A stretch of 33,202 bases of DNA from Clostridia bacterium (lineage in GTDB: Bacteria > Bacillota > Clostridia > Christensenellales > CAG-138), in the NCBI GenBank assembly GCA_030530185.1, contig JAUMVL010000001.1:1-33202 (forward strand). The letters run 5' to 3'. This document shows, piece by piece, positions 1 to 9,621 of the stretch; the stretch's first letter is position 1; every line of letters begins with the position of its first letter. Both the position numbers and the translations under genes were made by a program. The notes under the pieces were generated by a model that ran no database searches, was not told the DNA's origin, and saw nothing but the letters and a program-made list of their open reading frames with translations.

Positions 1-315
1 GACAGTTTTTTTATAGGTATAGGAGAAGATTTCGCTCTTATACAGGCCGCCCTCGATGTTGTCGGACTTGGCTTTCTTGGCAAAGACCATCGGTACGCCG
101 AATTCCTCAGCCGTCGCTTCGCCGAGCGCAATACCGCTGGCTTCACAGGTCAAAATCGCCGTAATGCCGTCATCCGGGAACAGTCGGCGCATTTCCTTGG
201 CCAGTTCCTTCATCAGAACGGGATCCACGCGGTGGTTCAAAAATCCGTCCACCTTGATAATGCCGCCCGGCAGTACCCGACCCTCTTTGCGAATGCGATC
301 CTCTAAGAGCTTCAT
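1..315 (-). CDS. xpt: xanthine phosphoribosyltransferase, N-terminal 105 codons (3' end runs off the left window edge)
   Basis: Hand translation of the minus strand from ATG 315-313 gives MKLLEDRIRKEGRVLPGGIIKVDGFLNHRVDPVLMKELAKEMRRLFPDDGITAILTCEASGIALGEATAEEFGVPMVFAKK..., the conserved Xpt N-terminus. Purine-rich RBS (aaggggga) just upstream. Absent from the ORF track because there is no stop in the window. Confidence 0.85.
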   Translation of the reverse strand, partial: MKLLEDRIRKEGRVLPGGIIKVDGFLNHRVDPVLMKELAKEMRRLFPDDGITAILTCEASGIALGEATAEEFGVPMVFAKKAKSDNIEGGLYKSEIFSYTYKKTV

Positions 316-348
316 AGTTTCCCCCTTCGTGCACGTTTGATTACGTTC

Positions 349-377
349 ATGATAACGTGAAATATCGCCAAAATCAA
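349..377 (-). promoter_or_regulatory. sigma-70-like promoter candidate for xpt (TTGATT-17-TATCAT)
   Basis: Minus-strand read is ttgatt ttggcgatatttcacgt tatcat, about 35 nt upstream of the xpt ATG. Confidence 0.35.
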
Positions 378-429
378 GTTCTTTTCGACATTTTACGGAT
401 TACTTACCACGCTCGATAGAGCACCCGTT

Positions 430-1128
430 TCATTCAAAAAATGATCTCCACGGCAAAGCGTCGCGGAACACAAAAAAACGCTCGAACAACTTGGAAAACC
501 GACCGATTAAAAACCCGTTGATCAGCGCACAGACAAGGGTTCCGGCCTTGACTCCGACAAAGGTTCCGAACCCGAAAAAGCAGAAGGACAGCGCCACACC
601 GACGAGCATGCTGACGATATCGTAGCAGGTTTTGAACACATTGATGTTGACGCCGAACCGTTCGGAAACGAGCTTGACGAACAGCTCGTACGCTTCGGGC
701 GGCAGGTACGTATGGAACACGAGCGAAACCCCGACGGAGCAGAGCAATACGCCCGCGATGTAGAACACAAGCCGCAACGCAAACGTATCGTGCGGGATCG
801 GCGCAATCAAGGCCATGCAGCCATCGAGCAAAAACCCGTACAGCACCGCCGTCGCAAAGGTTAAAAACCATGAGAGGCGAAACCGCCGCACAAGCAGCAT
901 CGTCACGGCAAGCAGCACGGCCTGTAAACAGTACTCCGCCATACCGAACGTAACGAACGGCAGCGTCAGGCTGAGCTTTCGGTAGATCAGATACGCGGGC
1001 GCCACGACCATACTCACGCCGAAATCCGCCGCCTCCATCGCCGCCACGCCGAGCGCGATCGCCAGCAGCCCGACCAGATAGGCTGCCTCGGCATAAAAGA
1101 TGGGTTTGTTACGAGTCGACTGCTCCAA
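430..1128 (-). CDS. polytopic membrane protein, DUF6198 / YczE-YitT-like family
   Basis: 232-aa ORF that is hydrophobic throughout (about 6 TM segments). TTG start with AGGAG 6 nt upstream. The overall pattern resembles YczE/DUF6198 proteins. Confidence 0.65.
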   Translation of the reverse strand: MEQSTRNKPIFYAEAAYLVGLLAIALGVAAMEAADFGVSMVVAPAYLIYRKLSLTLPFVTFGMAEYCLQAVLLAVTMLLVRRFRLSWFLTFATAVLYGFLLDGCMALIAPIPHDTFALRLVFYIAGVLLCSVGVSLVFHTYLPPEAYELFVKLVSERFGVNINVFKTCYDIVSMLVGVALSFCFFGFGTFVGVKAGTLVCALINGFLIGRFSKLFERFFVFRDALPWRSFFE

Positions 1129-1212
1129 AATCTGCTCCTGTTCCGATTTCGATGGGTTCTATGCGGGCTGCGAAATTATACTGCCACGAAAGCAAGAACC
1201 GTTGGTTGTTCC

Positions 1213-3723
1213 TTATCGCCATTCATTGGAATAATACCAGCTCCCCAGCCCTGCACATAAAACGGTTCCGTCTGCCTTCAATCCGAATGTTACAAACTTA
1301 TCTCCCGTGATATCGATCACATCTTTCCATTCCGCGACGTTACATTGTCCGTGCTGATTGCCGTACTTATTGTCCGGATTAAATACAGAAACCAGTGTTC
1401 CGTCATTTTTTAAACCGATAATATGATCGCCGTTTGAGGACACAAGTATTTTTTTGATATTCAACCAGCTTGAAAGGATTGTTGGTAGCTGTGAAAATGG
1501 ATGTCCATTATAATTACTGTCCACGTGCTCCAACAACGACCCGTAATACTGATTGTTTGCGTCCACTTGATTCAGCTTCAATTTTCCATTTGAAAGAGTC
1601 ATGATGTCCGATGAGTCATCACCGTTTAAATCAACAGCGTCGGATCGTTGTCCCAGCTCCTCCCAAGGATATTTTCCCGTTGAAACCCACGAACCGCTCT
1701 TTGTTCTCCCGAATAATTTCAGGCCGATCTCTTTTACTTGGACAATATTGCCCCATTGCAGCGCCTCTTCGTTTTCTCCTGTGTGCCACGTATTCTGCCT
1801 TTCAGAATCAAAACATGCAGCAACAACCTTCCCGTTTTTATTCACTCCGTAAACCGTATAAGCGCCCGCTTCAATCGAAACAATATCTCTCCAACTTTGA
1901 AGTTCCTTCTCAAACGCCGTCGCCGAAGATCCGAAGTACCTATCTTTTTCACTCGATGGAATGCTGATGCATACGGTTCCATCGCTCTTCAATCCGAGAA
2001 CATAATGACAGGTTTGGCCGATATCAATTGCAACAATATCCGTCCAAGAGGAAAGATCTTGAAAATCATTCGCATAAAAGACTCGTTCCGCCTTGACTGT
2101 AACCGTTCCGTCTTCTCGCAACATAACTAGAAAAGCGTCTCCGTAGTGGAGCGATGCTTCTTGATTGACCGTCTTTTTCGGTACCGTCGTTGTCTGCGCC
2201 GCCTGCGGCGCGACTTCCGAGGCAAGCCGGAAGCTGCTCAGAATCCTGTAAAAGACTATTTCGGCGTCCCCGTGCATCTCGGAATCGATCAACGCCATAA
2301 GATAGGCGTGCTTTCCCGCCATCCAGACGGCAACCTCCACCCAATTGTCCTCGGTCCATTCGTCGGCCAAACTTGCAAGGTAACCGCCGTTCACTGCGAA
2401 TTTGCTGATCTTAAGACCGTTGGCAGCGGAAGGCGCAAGGGATTCCATAAAATCCGTGACAATGACATCGGGATCCTGCTCCCGGGCGGAAAGCTGCGCG
2501 ATCGGGATTGTCGTAACGAGGATGCGCCCCGTTTGGCCCTTGTTGTCGTCGGTAGGCTCAATGGTAACGCCGTCGTCAAAAAAGTCTGCTTTCCAGCCGG
2601 GATCGTTCAGCGTAAACGCAAAATCGAATTCATCCGCCGGACTGTAAACAAGCGTTCCGTCCAAAACAGGCGCGTTCGTTTGCGTCGGCACATCGGAGGC
2701 TTCCTGTAAACCTTGCGACGCTGCATCTTCTTGCGGCGTTCTTAGCGCAAAGCTGTTCAAAATGTCCTGATAAACCGCCTCCCCGTCCCGATCGAGACCG
2801 ACGCCATAGTATGCGATGGAAAACAGTCGATCTTCCACTTTCCATGCGGCCATTCGAGTGGTCCGGCTGTCGCGCTTTCCCTCGGCCCATACGCCCTTAT
2901 AGTTGCCGTTGACCGTAAGAGATTTCGGCTTACCGGAAACCGAATTCCTCTCGGTTTTCAACGCAAGTTCCACATATTCTTCCGGCGATTTCGAGTACTT
3001 TCTTCCAGTCGCCGACCCAGCCACCCAAATGCTGGTGGCAGGACCGCCTTCCCGCTCTTTTTCTGCCGCAGGACAAAAAACAAGTAGATTGTTCTGTTTT
3101 TCTGCCAACACCCAGTTATCGTTTCCGACGGCAACTTCAAAATCGTCTGCAGCGTACACCGTTCCACCCCGGATTTCCGCAAAGGTCTCCTCCTTCGGCG
3201 CCATGAGCGTTTCCAGATCGATGTTGTTTCCGATAAACGCAAGCAGCATAAAGATTCCTGCAATAATCAGTGCAGCGATGGAAAGACCTTTTTTGCGCGG
3301 CTGTGTGCGGCTCTTCACCAGATCGATAATCGCAAGGAGGATGCCGAGACCGGACAGAACAATCGTCAGCGAGCAGATGAAGGCGGCAATCGAAAGACCG
3401 GAGAATTTCTTCTTCGGCGCCGGTTCCGGTTTTTGTGAAGATTGGGGAGCGCTGCTTTGCGTTGGTCCATTTGCATTGCCCATCGGATGAGGCTCCGCAG
3501 TCCGAACCGGTTCTGCCTGCTTTCGGGGTTCCGGACGGGTCGCTTCGGCAGAGCATTCCTCTTGCGCAGGAGATTCCCACTCCCCGTCGTCCTCCAATTC
3601 ATATTCCGCTTCCGTATAAACGGGCTTTTTCGCCGGTTCTGTCACGGAAATCTTTTGTCCGCAATGCGGGCAGAACGATTCCCCTTCGCGCAGTTCGGCG
3701 CCGCAATTGGTGCAATATTTCAT
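1213..3723 (-). CDS. zinc-ribbon / 2-TM membrane protein with a duplicated ectodomain module and C-terminal RCC1-like beta-propeller repeats
   Basis: 836 aa. N-terminal CxxC-x11-CxxC (YCTNCGAELREGESFCPHCG), a Pro/Glu/Ala/Gln-rich linker and two hydrophobic helices (aa ~108-133 and 146-165). Two related ~145-aa modules follow, then repeated W-x-DIV-x-I-x-G...GLK-x-DGTV blades. RBS GAAGGAGAA upstream. Confidence 0.75.
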   Translation of the reverse strand: MKYCTNCGAELREGESFCPHCGQKISVTEPAKKPVYTEAEYELEDDGEWESPAQEECSAEATRPEPRKQAEPVRTAEPHPMGNANGPTQSSAPQSSQKPEPAPKKKFSGLSIAAFICSLTIVLSGLGILLAIIDLVKSRTQPRKKGLSIAALIIAGIFMLLAFIGNNIDLETLMAPKEETFAEIRGGTVYAADDFEVAVGNDNWVLAEKQNNLLVFCPAAEKEREGGPATSIWVAGSATGRKYSKSPEEYVELALKTERNSVSGKPKSLTVNGNYKGVWAEGKRDSRTTRMAAWKVEDRLFSIAYYGVGLDRDGEAVYQDILNSFALRTPQEDAASQGLQEASDVPTQTNAPVLDGTLVYSPADEFDFAFTLNDPGWKADFFDDGVTIEPTDDNKGQTGRILVTTIPIAQLSAREQDPDVIVTDFMESLAPSAANGLKISKFAVNGGYLASLADEWTEDNWVEVAVWMAGKHAYLMALIDSEMHGDAEIVFYRILSSFRLASEVAPQAAQTTTVPKKTVNQEASLHYGDAFLVMLREDGTVTVKAERVFYANDFQDLSSWTDIVAIDIGQTCHYVLGLKSDGTVCISIPSSEKDRYFGSSATAFEKELQSWRDIVSIEAGAYTVYGVNKNGKVVAACFDSERQNTWHTGENEEALQWGNIVQVKEIGLKLFGRTKSGSWVSTGKYPWEELGQRSDAVDLNGDDSSDIMTLSNGKLKLNQVDANNQYYGSLLEHVDSNYNGHPFSQLPTILSSWLNIKKILVSSNGDHIIGLKNDGTLVSVFNPDNKYGNQHGQCNVAEWKDVIDITGDKFVTFGLKADGTVLCAGLGSWYYSNEWR

Positions 3724-3754
3724 ACTGGTTCTCCTTCGTTGTTGTCCTTATATT

Positions 3755-3783
3755 ATTATAAATTCAAGCAAGCCGATTGTAAA
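3755..3783 (-). promoter_or_regulatory. promoter candidate TTTACA-17-TATAAT for the 1213-3723 gene
   Basis: Minus-strand read is tttaca atcggcttgcttgaatt tataat, about 30 nt upstream of the ATG at 3723. Confidence 0.45.
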
Positions 3784-3824
3784 GAAAAAACGATATAAAC
3801 GTCAAACCGCTGCAAAATCGAGAA

Positions 3825-3853
3825 TTGACAAGACCGGAACGGAATGATACGAT
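3825..3853 (+). promoter_or_regulatory. promoter candidate TTGACA-17-TACGAT for the 3897-5048 gene
   Basis: ttgaca agaccggaacggaatga tacgat. It lies back-to-back with the promoter at 3755-3783. Confidence 0.45.
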
Positions 3854-3896
3854 GAAAAAAACGGCATTGGAAAATGTCCGATCGGGAGGTTCATCG

Positions 3897-5048
3897 ATGT
3901 TTTGCCACAAGTGCGGAGCGAAGCTCGTCAACGGAGCGCTTTTCTGCTCCAAATGCGGTACGCGCGTACCGGAAGAAATTGTGAAGGAAATGGAAGGGAC
4001 GGCCGCTTCCTCAACGCCGGTTTCTGTTTCACCGTCTTCTTCCTTGCAGGAGCCTGAACCTGTTCCCACATCCGTATCGGAACCGGAGTCCGAACCCGAA
4101 CCAATGCCGGAACCGGAGCCGGAGCCCATGCCGGAGCCTGAGCCGAAGTCCGAACCAATGTCGGAACCGGAACCCGAACCCGCGCCGGAGCCTGCGCAGG
4201 AATCTGAACCGGAGCCGGAGCCCATGCCGGAGCCTGTTCCCGCACCTGCACCCGTACATGTCCCCACGCCGGTGCCGGAACCCGAACCCGCGCCGGAGCC
4301 TGAGCCGGAGTCCGAACCAACGCCGGAACCGGAACCCGGGCCAGCGCGTGAGTCGGAACCTGTGCCTGTCCCTGTCCCGGAGGAAAAAATCTACCTTCCC
4401 GTGACGGTTACCTATTCGCAATTGCAGCAGGAAGAAACCCTTCTGCTTCAGGATGAACAGTTGGCGGAACCGCTTCAGCTGACCCTGCGCAAAGGGATGA
4501 AGCACGGAATGCGGCTTCGTCTGACAAACGCAAAAACGGTGCCTGCCGCAAACGGTGCCAAGCGAATCGCGGTGGTAAAGCTGTTCGTTGTCGGCGGGCC
4601 GTCGGCCGCGGCAAAGACGGAGCCGACACCCGCACAACCGCCGGTTCGGCAAACACCGCCGCGCAAAACGGTCTCCTTTGCGCCGATCCATTCGGCGTGC
4701 AATTTTCAGCTTTGCGCCGAAGGTGCGTTGGTGACGGGCTACAAGTTCGGCGGTGCCGACGAAGGCGGGACCATTGACATCGCCCCGTCCGGCTTGACGC
4801 TGTACCGAAAGAGCATGGCGGTCGGCCTGGCGTTCGGCGCAATCGGAAGCGCAATCGAAGGGAAAGGAAAGCAGATTGCGACGATCCGTCCGGAGGATAT
4901 CAAATCCTTTGAAAAGAACACCAAGAACGGCCGGTTCCTCGATTATCGGATTCATCTGAAGGACGGGCGGGTTCTGAAGGTCAGTTTTGTTGCCGCGCAG
5001 CTGGATTCCGTGATTTCTGCGGCCGACAAGTTTTTATCGCAGATTTGA
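3897..5048 (+). CDS. zinc-ribbon protein with a long Pro/Glu-rich repeat linker and a globular C-terminal (possibly PH/GRAM-like) domain
   Basis: Start moved to ATG 3897 (GGGAGG 7 nt upstream). The upstream in-frame ATGs of the 3825 ORF overlap the predicted -10 box. N-terminus is [21 protein letters not shown] (CxxC-x10-CxxC), followed by about 110 aa of (E/S)PEP repeats. No TM segment. Confidence 0.7.
   Translation: MFCHKCGAKLVNGALFCSKCGTRVPEEIVKEMEGTAASSTPVSVSPSSSLQEPEPVPTSVSEPESEPEPMPEPEPEPMPEPEPKSEPMSEPEPEPAPEPAQESEPEPEPMPEPVPAPAPVHVPTPVPEPEPAPEPEPESEPTPEPEPGPARESEPVPVPVPEEKIYLPVTVTYSQLQQEETLLLQDEQLAEPLQLTLRKGMKHGMRLRLTNAKTVPAANGAKRIAVVKLFVVGGPSAAAKTEPTPAQPPVRQTPPRKTVSFAPIHSACNFQLCAEGALVTGYKFGGADEGGTIDIAPSGLTLYRKSMAVGLAFGAIGSAIEGKGKQIATIRPEDIKSFEKNTKNGRFLDYRIHLKDGRVLKVSFVAAQLDSVISAADKFLSQI
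4050..4385 (+). repeat. in-frame imperfect tandem repeat encoding PEPEP low-complexity sequence
   Basis: Exact 31-nt copy gaaccggagccggagcccatgccggagcctg at 4110-4140 and 4206-4236 (offset 96). Exact 28-nt copy ccggaacccgaacccgcgccggagcctg at 4167-4194 and 4275-4302 (offset 108). Confidence 0.85.
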
Positions 5049-5114
5049 TCCGAGATCGTCCGCAAAAGCGGGTTTCAAAGCGATTCCCCGTTCTCAAACC
5101 GACAAACAAAAAAA

Positions 5115-5152
5115 CCCGGAGTGCGTTTCAAAGAACGTGCTCCGGGATTTTT
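5115..5152. terminator. bidirectional rho-independent terminator between the convergent zinc-ribbon gene and uvrA
   Basis: Arm cccggagtgcg (5115-5125) pairs with cgtgctccggg (5136-5146), 11 bp including 2 G-U pairs. An A-run precedes it and attttt follows. Confidence 0.6.
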
Positions 5153-5161
5153 GATATCACA

Positions 5162-8023
5162 TTACCAAGCAAGCGCTTTTTGCAGGAATTGGCCCGTATA
5201 ACTCTTTTCGCAGGCCGCGACTTCCTCCGGCGTACCGGTGCAGACGATTGTGCCGCCCTCGTCGCCGCCCTCCGGGCCGAGGTCGATGATGTAATCCGCG
5301 GTCTTGATCACGTCGAGATTGTGCTCGATCACCAGCACCGTGCTGCCCGAATCGGCAAGTCGGTTGAGGATCTCCAAAAGCCGCTTGACGTCGTGCGTAT
5401 GCAGTCCGGTGGTCGGCTCGTCTAAAATGTATATCGTACGGCCGGTGTCGCGACGGCTGAGCTCGGTTGCGAGCTTGACGCGCTGCGCTTCGCCGCCGGA
5501 AAGCTGCGTGCTCGGCTGTCCGAGCTTGACATAGCCAAGGCCGACGTCATACAGTGTCTGCAGCTTGCTCTTGATTTTCGGGTGCGCTGCAAAGAACGGA
5601 AGCGCTTCCTCGACGGTCATATCCAGTACTTCGTAGATGTTCTTGCCCTTATAGCGAACCTCGAGCGTCTCGCGGTTGTAACGCTTGCCGTGGCAGACCT
5701 CGCACGGAACGTAGACGTCGGGCAAAAAGTGCATTTCGATCTTGACAATGCCGTCGCCCTTGCACGCTTCGCAGCGGCCGCCCTTGACGTTGAAGCTGAA
5801 CCGTCCTGCATTGTAGCCGCGCAGCTTCGCGTCGGGTGTGGTTGCAAACAACTGGCGAATCAAATCGAACAAGCCGGTATACGTCGCAGGGTTGGAGCGC
5901 GGCGTTTTGCCGATCGGACTTTGGTCGATGTCGATGACCTTGTCCAGGTTTTCGATGCCCTCCATCGCCGCATGTTCCTTGGCGCGAACGCGCGCGCGGT
6001 TCAGATCGTGCAAAAGCCGCTTTTTGATGATTTCATTCACAAGGCTCGATTTGCCTGAGCCGGATACGCCGGTTACGCAAACGAACTTGCCGAGCGGAAT
6101 CGAAACGTCGATCTTCTTGAGGTTGTTTGCCGCTGCGCCGCGCACGGTGAGAAACTTACCGTTGCCGGGCCGCCGGGATTTGGGCACTTCGATCTTGCGC
6201 TTGCCGGACAGGTACTGTCCCGTCAAACTGTTTTCGCACGCCATAATTTCCTGCGGCGTGCCCGCCGCCATGACCTCGCCGCCGTGGATGCCTGCGCGCG
6301 GACCGATATCCACAATATAGTCGGCGTTCATCATCGTTTCCTCGTCGTGCTCAACGACGATCAGCGTATTGCCGAGATCGCGCAGGCGCTTTAAGGTATC
6401 GAGCAGCTTGGCATTGTCCCTCTGATGCAGACCGATGCTCGGCTCGTCGAGAATGTACAGCACGCCGACCAGTCCGCTGCCGATCTGCGTGGCAAGCCGG
6501 ATGCGCTGGCTTTCGCCGCCGGAAAGCGTGACCGCCCCGCGCGACAGCGTGAGATATCCGAGCCCGACGTTGACCAAAAATCCGAGACGCGCATCAAGCT
6601 CCTTCAAAATCGCTTCCGCAATCTTGCGGTGCGTCGGATTCAGCTCGAGGTTCTGCAAAAACGCGCGTGACGACTTCACATTGAGGTCGCACAGCTCCGC
6701 GATATTCAGTCCGCCGACCGTGACCGCAAGCGTTTCGGGCTTTAAGCGCTTTCCCTTGCAATCGGGGCAGACGACGTGCGCCATGCGCGATTCGATCTCG
6801 GCCTTGGTCCAATCGCTCGTCGTTTCGCGATAGCGGCGCTCCATGTTCGGAATGATTCCCTCGAACGCCGCCATGAACTTGCCGGAGGAATACGAGCTCG
6901 AATAGCTGACCTCCATCTTCTCCTTGGTACCGTACAGCAGCGCATCCTGCACGGACTTGGGCAGATCGCAAAACGGCGTGTCCATCGAGAAATTCAGATG
7001 TTTTGCCAGCGCGCGGTAATACATCTCCGCGATCGAATTCTGGCTGTCGCTGTTCCAGCCGGAGGCATGGATCGCACCCTCGTTCAGCGATTTTTCAGGA
7101 TTCGGCACGACGAGCACCGGGTCGATCTTCATGAGCTCGCCAAGGCCGGAGCAGGTCGGACATGCGCCAAACGGTGCATTGAATGAGAATGCGCGCGGGG
7201 CCAGCTCCTCGATACCGATGCCGCAGTCCGGACATGCGAAGTTCTGCGAAAAGAGTTGCTCCTCGCCGTCCACGACCGCCACGATCGCAAGGTTCTGCCC
7301 GAGCGCAAATGCGTGTTCGAGCGATTCGGAAAGGCGGCCCTCCACACCCTCCTTGATCACAAGGCGATCGATGACCGCTTCGATCGTGTGCTTGAATTTC
7401 TTATCGAGCTGCGGCGCCTCCTCGATCGGGTAGACCTCCCCGTCCACGCGCACGCGGACGTAGCCTTCCCGCCGGAGCTGTTCAAACAGCTTCGTAAACT
7501 CGCCCTTGCGCTTGCGTACGCACGGCGCAATGATCTGCACCTTGGTGCCCGGCTCCATCTCCATCACACGATCGACAACCATATCAATGCTCTGCTTTTC
7601 GATGACACGACCGCACTTCGGGCAATGCGGAATGCCGCAGCGCGCATACAGAAGACGCAGGTAGTCGTAAATTTCGGTAACGGTGCCGACCGTCGAACGC
7701 GGATTGTGTCCCGTACTCTTCTGGTCGATCGAGATCGCGGGGGAAAGGCCGTCGATCCGCTCGACATCCGGCTTGTCCATCTGTCCGATAAACATGCGCG
7801 CGTAGGACGAAAGGCTCTCCACATAGCGCCGCTGCCCCTCGGCATAAATCGTATCGAACGCGAGCGACGACTTGCCCGAGCCGGAAACGCCCGTCATAAC
7901 GACCAGCGAGTTGCGCGGGATCACAAGATCGATGTTTTTGAGGTTGTGCTCTTTGGCGCCATAGATCCGCAGGTCCCCATCGTTTCTGCGGTATTGCTGC
8001 TTAAAAATCTCTTTGCTTTCCAT
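5162..8023 (-). CDS. uvrA: excinuclease ABC subunit A
   Basis: 953 aa. Two ABC ATPase modules ([10 protein letters not shown] twice, LSGGE signatures) and the zinc-finger motifs CPKCG / CPDCG / CEACKGDG. Full-length colinear UvrA architecture. Confidence 0.97.
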   Translation of the reverse strand: MESKEIFKQQYRRNDGDLRIYGAKEHNLKNIDLVIPRNSLVVMTGVSGSGKSSLAFDTIYAEGQRRYVESLSSYARMFIGQMDKPDVERIDGLSPAISIDQKSTGHNPRSTVGTVTEIYDYLRLLYARCGIPHCPKCGRVIEKQSIDMVVDRVMEMEPGTKVQIIAPCVRKRKGEFTKLFEQLRREGYVRVRVDGEVYPIEEAPQLDKKFKHTIEAVIDRLVIKEGVEGRLSESLEHAFALGQNLAIVAVVDGEEQLFSQNFACPDCGIGIEELAPRAFSFNAPFGACPTCSGLGELMKIDPVLVVPNPEKSLNEGAIHASGWNSDSQNSIAEMYYRALAKHLNFSMDTPFCDLPKSVQDALLYGTKEKMEVSYSSSYSSGKFMAAFEGIIPNMERRYRETTSDWTKAEIESRMAHVVCPDCKGKRLKPETLAVTVGGLNIAELCDLNVKSSRAFLQNLELNPTHRKIAEAILKELDARLGFLVNVGLGYLTLSRGAVTLSGGESQRIRLATQIGSGLVGVLYILDEPSIGLHQRDNAKLLDTLKRLRDLGNTLIVVEHDEETMMNADYIVDIGPRAGIHGGEVMAAGTPQEIMACENSLTGQYLSGKRKIEVPKSRRPGNGKFLTVRGAAANNLKKIDVSIPLGKFVCVTGVSGSGKSSLVNEIIKKRLLHDLNRARVRAKEHAAMEGIENLDKVIDIDQSPIGKTPRSNPATYTGLFDLIRQLFATTPDAKLRGYNAGRFSFNVKGGRCEACKGDGIVKIEMHFLPDVYVPCEVCHGKRYNRETLEVRYKGKNIYEVLDMTVEEALPFFAAHPKIKSKLQTLYDVGLGYVKLGQPSTQLSGGEAQRVKLATELSRRDTGRTIYILDEPTTGLHTHDVKRLLEILNRLADSGSTVLVIEHNLDVIKTADYIIDLGPEGGDEGGTIVCTGTPEEVAACEKSYTGQFLQKALAW

Positions 8024-8058
8024 AGGTATGTCGATTCTTTCCTCTTGGTGTAGATCCC

Positions 8059-8087
8059 ATTCTATCCAAATCTATTTTAAATGTCAA
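8059..8087 (-). promoter_or_regulatory. promoter candidate TTGACA-17-TAGAAT for uvrA
   Basis: Minus-strand read is ttgaca tttaaaatagatttgga tagaat, about 35 nt upstream of the uvrA ATG. Confidence 0.5.
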
Positions 8088-8140
8088 TAAGTTTTTATCG
8101 GTAAATGGCTCCGACTCCGTTTGAAAACCCAGATTCACCG

Positions 8141-9256
8141 TTATGCCATTCCCACAACCGTTGCGACCGCCTGCGCGGAAATGCAAAGCCCTTTGCCCTC
8201 GTCGTTCATGCCCTCGGTCGTCGTTGCCTTGACGGAGACGTTCTCGAGCGCAAGGCCGCAGTCCTCGGCAATATTTTGCCGCATCGTGTCAATGTATGGG
8301 CGCAGCTTCGGACGTTGGCAAAGGATCGTCGCATCAATTGAAGCGATTCGCATGTCCCGTTTTTGCACCAATTCGACCGTGCGGCGCAGCAGTACGCGGC
8401 TGTCAATGCCGCGATAGGCTTCATCGCTGTCCGGAAACAGTTTGCCGATGTCGCCCAGAGCCGCCGCACCCAAGACGGCGTCGATGATTGCGTGAATCAG
8501 AACATCGGCGTCGGAATGGCCCAAAAGCCCCTTTTCAAACGGGATTTCGACGCCGCCGAGGATCAGTTTTCGTCCCTCGGTGAGTCGATGTGTATCAAAA
8601 CCTGTCCCAATTTTGGGATATGTCATACAAAGCTCCTTTGCCCATGCCCAGTCCTCTGCGGTGGTTAATTTTCTCGCAAGCTCGCTGCCCGGCACAAGGT
8701 GCGGCGTGCCGATGACCTGTCGGTACAGCGCGGCGTCGTCGGTTGCCGCCCCATCCGCCTGTTCGTATGCCGTCAGGATCTCGTCATAGCGGAACGATTG
8801 CGGCGTCTGCGTGCGGTACAGATTCGAGCGGTCGAGCGTTTCATACGCGTCTCCGTTGGCGCGTACGACCGTATCGACGACCGGCACTGCAAGCACGCCG
8901 CTGCCGCATTGCCTTGCACTTTCGATGCTTGCCTTTACGCAGCTTGCGGGTGTAAAGCAGCGCGCCGCGTCATGAATCACGACGATTGACGCGCCCGCTG
9001 CGGCATGCAGGCCGCGAAAAACGGACTGCGTGCGCGTATCGCCGCCGCGTGTGACGAGCGCGGGAACGGAGCAGGGAAGCGCGCGTAAATATGCTTCGTG
9101 CGCTTCGCTCGTCACAAGGACGAGGCGTTCGCAGCCGCCTGCAATCAAAAGATCGCGCGAACGCTCGATCGCGTTCCGGCCCGCAAGCGGCGTCGTCAAC
9201 TTGTCAAAGCCCATGCGGCTCGCGCCGCCCGCGCAGAGCAAAATTCCGGTAATCAT
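8141..9256 (-). CDS. ispDF: bifunctional 2-C-methyl-D-erythritol 4-phosphate cytidylyltransferase / 2-C-methyl-D-erythritol 2,4-cyclodiphosphate synthase
   Basis: 371 aa. IspD N-terminus (ILLCAGGASRMG) and an IspF C-terminal half (IGTGFDTHRL...GHSDADVLIHAIIDAVLGAAALGDIGKLFPDSD). Confidence 0.92.
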   Translation of the reverse strand: MITGILLCAGGASRMGFDKLTTPLAGRNAIERSRDLLIAGGCERLVLVTSEAHEAYLRALPCSVPALVTRGGDTRTQSVFRGLHAAAGASIVVIHDAARCFTPASCVKASIESARQCGSGVLAVPVVDTVVRANGDAYETLDRSNLYRTQTPQSFRYDEILTAYEQADGAATDDAALYRQVIGTPHLVPGSELARKLTTAEDWAWAKELCMTYPKIGTGFDTHRLTEGRKLILGGVEIPFEKGLLGHSDADVLIHAIIDAVLGAAALGDIGKLFPDSDEAYRGIDSRVLLRRTVELVQKRDMRIASIDATILCQRPKLRPYIDTMRQNIAEDCGLALENVSVKATTTEGMNDEGKGLCISAQAVATVVGMA

Positions 9257-9498
9257 CCCTGGATCACCGTATAGAGCGAATCGGCATCCTCCTTGCGAAC
9301 GACCTCGGGCGTCTTTTCAACGCGGCAGAGGAAGTGCTTGCCGCCGAGCAGAATATCGAGCTCGTCGCCGACCTTAACCTCGGTCGAGGGCTTTGCGATC
9401 TTGCCGTTGATCGCAATGCGGCCCGCGCCTGCCGCCTCGTTGGCGACCGTGCGCCGCTTGATGATCCGCGAAACCTTCAGCCATTTATCCAAACGCAT
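9253..9498 (-). CDS. S4-domain RNA-binding protein (YabO/Hsp15-like)
   Basis: Start moved to ATG 9498 (GGAGGA 6 nt upstream). Sequence begins MRLDKWLKVSRIIKRRTVANEAAGAGRIAINGKIAKPS, a typical small S4 protein. Its stop overlaps the ispDF start by 4 nt. Confidence 0.8.
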   Translation of the reverse strand: MRLDKWLKVSRIIKRRTVANEAAGAGRIAINGKIAKPSTEVKVGDELDILLGGKHFLCRVEKTPEVVRKEDADSLYTVIQG

Positions 9499-9621
9499 GT
9501 CATTTCCTCCGTGACGGCGGTGTGTGCCCCAAGACACGAAATACCGCCGTTTATCCGATCATTTTTTGTTTCTATCATACAACGAAACCGCCTGCGATAC
9601 AATAGATAGAGGTGATTTTTC

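Noticed and set aside
316-429. Purine (guanine/xanthine) riboswitch in the xpt leader
   Set aside because: The leader is only about 35 nt after the predicted -10. It lacks the conserved purine-riboswitch junction sequences and the three-helix pattern.
4050-4385. Possible CRISPR array or other non-coding repeat
   Set aside because: The repeats are in frame inside a continuous ORF. They are contiguous and degenerate rather than repeat-spacer structured. No cas genes are present.
3764-4955. Gly/Ser-rich 167-aa ORF and Arg-rich 308-aa ORF on the minus strand
   Set aside because: They are mirror-frame artefacts of the PEPEP repeat and the rest of the zinc-ribbon gene. The 167-aa ORF would also run through the mapped promoter region.
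8024-8140. LexA/DinR SOS box (GAAC-N4-GTTC) upstream of uvrA
   Set aside because: I read both strands of the 117-nt upstream region and found no GAAC...GTTC palindrome. Only a sigma-70-like promoter is visible.
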